In this document: piece after piece, positions 61,801 to 64,000 of the stretch
Position numbering within the stretch: the stretch's first letter is position 1
Layout: each line of letters begins with the position of its first letter
DNA from: Neoechinorhynchus agilis
Taxonomy: Eukaryota; Animalia; Acanthocephala
Direction: 5' to 3'
DNA length: 64,000 nucleotides
NCBI GenBank assembly: GCA_051530055.1
Contig: CM121342.1
Location: 14,647,480 to 14,711,479 of the forward strand
Notes under the pieces: model-generated
The model's input: the letters and a program-made list of their open reading frames with translations, nothing else
Told to the model about the DNA's origin: nothing
Databases searched by the model: none
Made by a program: the position numbers and the translations under genes

Positions 61801-63699
61801 TTTGTTATACAGTCAGAAATGTTTCTTCAAAAATTTAACAAAAATGGCCTCTTTAGTTCATCGTATATTGAACTCGTTGGAAGGATTTCTCGTTTGTGAA
61901 TAATTTCAGGTCGTACAAAAAATTGTCAGTATTTATTAAAAGCTCCTCAAAAATTGCTTACTTTAGAAGTGTGTTACTTAGAAGTCTTCATTCGGTAAAT
62001 AATATTTTTATTAAAGAAGTTCTGCGAACCTCGTCGGGTTCATCGTTAGTTTGTTAGTTATAAAAAGAGTGTAGAAAAGCTTCAATAAAAAATTATTTAC
62101 CGGGTGAAGACTTCTAATCATATACCTCGCGTGTCGACTTTTCACTTACTTTGTTTCAATAAGTTCTGCATTTTCGGATATGAGCTTATCAACTTCGTGT
62201 GTCATTCCGTACAAGGACTTTTGAACTGACGAAAAGAAAGTTTAATAAGGGACCAAGTTTGACTTACTTGAGTTTTCATTGGAGTCACATAAAGAAGCTG
62301 TTCCATCTTCAAAGGCGAATCTATACAAAACATAAGTGCTTGTATCAGTGTGAAAAAATACGTTCATCTTACTCGGATTCCTCATCAGTTCCATTGTAGT
62401 TTTTCAATTCGGATTTGTCGAATTCTAAAAATGTAAGCTAAAGATATGTTCGATAGGACAGATTTCTCAAGTTCTACATTCAACATTGACAACAATTAGC
62501 AATCTTTCTCGAACCTTTTATCGGTTTACATTTACGAACAGAATCAGCTTCAAGTTTGAATGCTTCATAACTTGAATCGTCAAATTCCATCGAAAGATTG
62601 GCCAACACTTTAAAGCCTTCATGCAAACATCCATACATCGACGTTCATGCAGATAATATTGACAGAGGGCACTCACCGGAACCCAAGGGTGTCGTAGGAC
62701 TCACTGATCCATCATTTACATGACTCCCATAACCCTTGGACGATTTAGGTAGCAAGGAACAAGATTCGGATCCAATAATGAAAGTAGAATCCAAACACTG
62801 GCTTTGTCTAAATGTCCCAGCACCATTTATGTGCTCATAATGTTGCTTGAAAAGCTAAAAAGAATTTGCTTAGAGAAATTCTTTGCATACATACCTCTGC
62901 GTATCGTTCCCTCAACTTCAAATGCGTTCTTTGAAGCTCTACATCTTTTTCCTCAAGTCGAACAACTATCTCAATTAGAGGTAAAATTGTGGCTAAAACT
63001 TAACCATTACCGTGATCATTCAAATTGCGTAATTTCACTTCATTGCTTTTAATCTTCATAACTAACTTTGCGATCTTTTCCTCGAAGGCACTTTTCTGAT
63101 CTTCGTTATAATCCTCTAATTGAACGTATTTCTAAATTGTTTTCAATTTTTGATTAATAAGTAGCGCAAAACTTCTTCGAGGATTACCTGATCAGCTAAT
63201 TGCTTCAGCTTAATTGCTCGTTGCCATTGAGTAAGTAGCTGCTCACGATCTTCCCTTAATAATTCATTATCGCTTTCCAAGTGCTGTTTATCCTGCCAAG
63301 CTGCGTCGAGAGATTCAAGTGCATTAATGACAAGTGAAAGGAGAACTCGGAAACTTTCCTCTCCATGTTGATTAATCACAGTTTCGAGTTCTTTATAAAT
63401 GGCTGAGGCTAAATGGCTCACTTTTTCACTCACATTATGGCCGCTACCAGTAAGACAATGGATTTCGATTCATAGGCACACTAGAATTCGACATCGATTG
63501 CATTAGCCGAGCCAAAAGAAGTAGTCGATATTGTTGAGCTCGATGAGATGGTCATATTCATTGGCAAGTGTTGTGATGGACTAGCTGCTGTCGTTGTGGT
63601 GGTGGTGGTGGTGGTGGATAAATTAACTGATGGAGTCGTATTGGCTGGCATTGGATCCGACGAAGATGCACATTCTTCAACGTTTTTGTTGTCGGCCAT
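58885..63699 (-). CDS. MAPK8IP3: JNK-interacting protein 3/4 (UNC-16/Sunday driver), multi-exon
   Basis: RH1 VSEKVSHLASAIYKE; GMTHEVDKLISEN..ETK-NALNILKNDLI; RH2 FTREEICRVLNEKNKYK; IWQFFS; C-terminal WD40-like region. Confidence 0.92.
61978..62117 (-). repeat. Fold-back module with a degenerate hammerhead inside a JIP3 intron
   Basis: Arms 61978-62017 and 62081-62117; reverse strand CUAACGA U GAACC CGACGA GGUUC; homologous to 17263-17389. Confidence 0.75.
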
Positions 63700-64000
63700 T
63701 TCTGAAACCTAATCAGAGGAATGACAAATGGCTTCCGATATGGAAAGCACCAAAGTTGAGGTCGGTAGAGGAACTCCGCATGGAAAACTATGTACACTTC
63801 TGTGCGTAGGCGAAAAAGCTGTTCTGATTGTGGTGTAGCAGACAGAGTGCTGTTCCTCTAAGGAAGTTTGAATAGAGTCTGGCATGGGTATCTGGAGGAA
63901 AAGGAAGATGATGTGAACAGTCTTGGTCTCACATTAACCTTTAAGTCTGATACACGCCGAAAACTACGATTTATTACGAGAAAAAGAACGAGAATTCTGC

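Noticed and set aside
63590-63620. (GGT)n run
   Set aside because: Ordinary poly-Thr tract in the disordered JIP3 N-terminus.
10226-63699. LIS1 and JIP3, both dynein regulators, in one window
   Set aside because: They are about 47 kb apart with unrelated genes between; no evidence of a functional cluster.

Overview
A 64-kb window of a compact animal genome with mostly 40-55 nt GT-AG introns. The lineage may be Syndermata (rotifer/acanthocephalan-like), but that is only a guess from one protein family. Host genes: LIS1 (PAFAH1B1), eIF2B-alpha, a Rad60/Esc2/NIP45-type tandem SUMO-like protein, calnexin, a short ABCC transporter, JIP3/JIP4, two inverted intact copies of an intronless Gly/Ser-Pro/Arg structural-type protein, and three orphan ORFs, one of which may be a very divergent Bcl-2-fold protein. 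Between them lie decayed elements: two Ty3/gypsy, several APE-type LINEs, CRE-type RLE non-LTR elements, Penelope-like elements (PLEs) with minimal hammerhead ribozymes, and a probable tRNA-derived SINE. Main observations: (1) four inferred introns in three neighbouring housekeeping genes (34-40 kb) have base-paired ends, and three lack an AG at the homology-predicted 3' end, a candidate class of stem-defined non-canonical introns; (2) 26737-32356 is an inverted copy stitched from two donor segments 14 kb apart via a hybrid LINE; (3) a gypsy element has a 14-nt LTR-complementary PBS, suggesting Tf1-like self-priming; (4) hammerhead ribozymes with covarying stems sit in fold-back modules; (5) several DNA-level templated-copy junctions occur. 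All alignments were by eye and reference sequences were recalled from memory; no searches were run.
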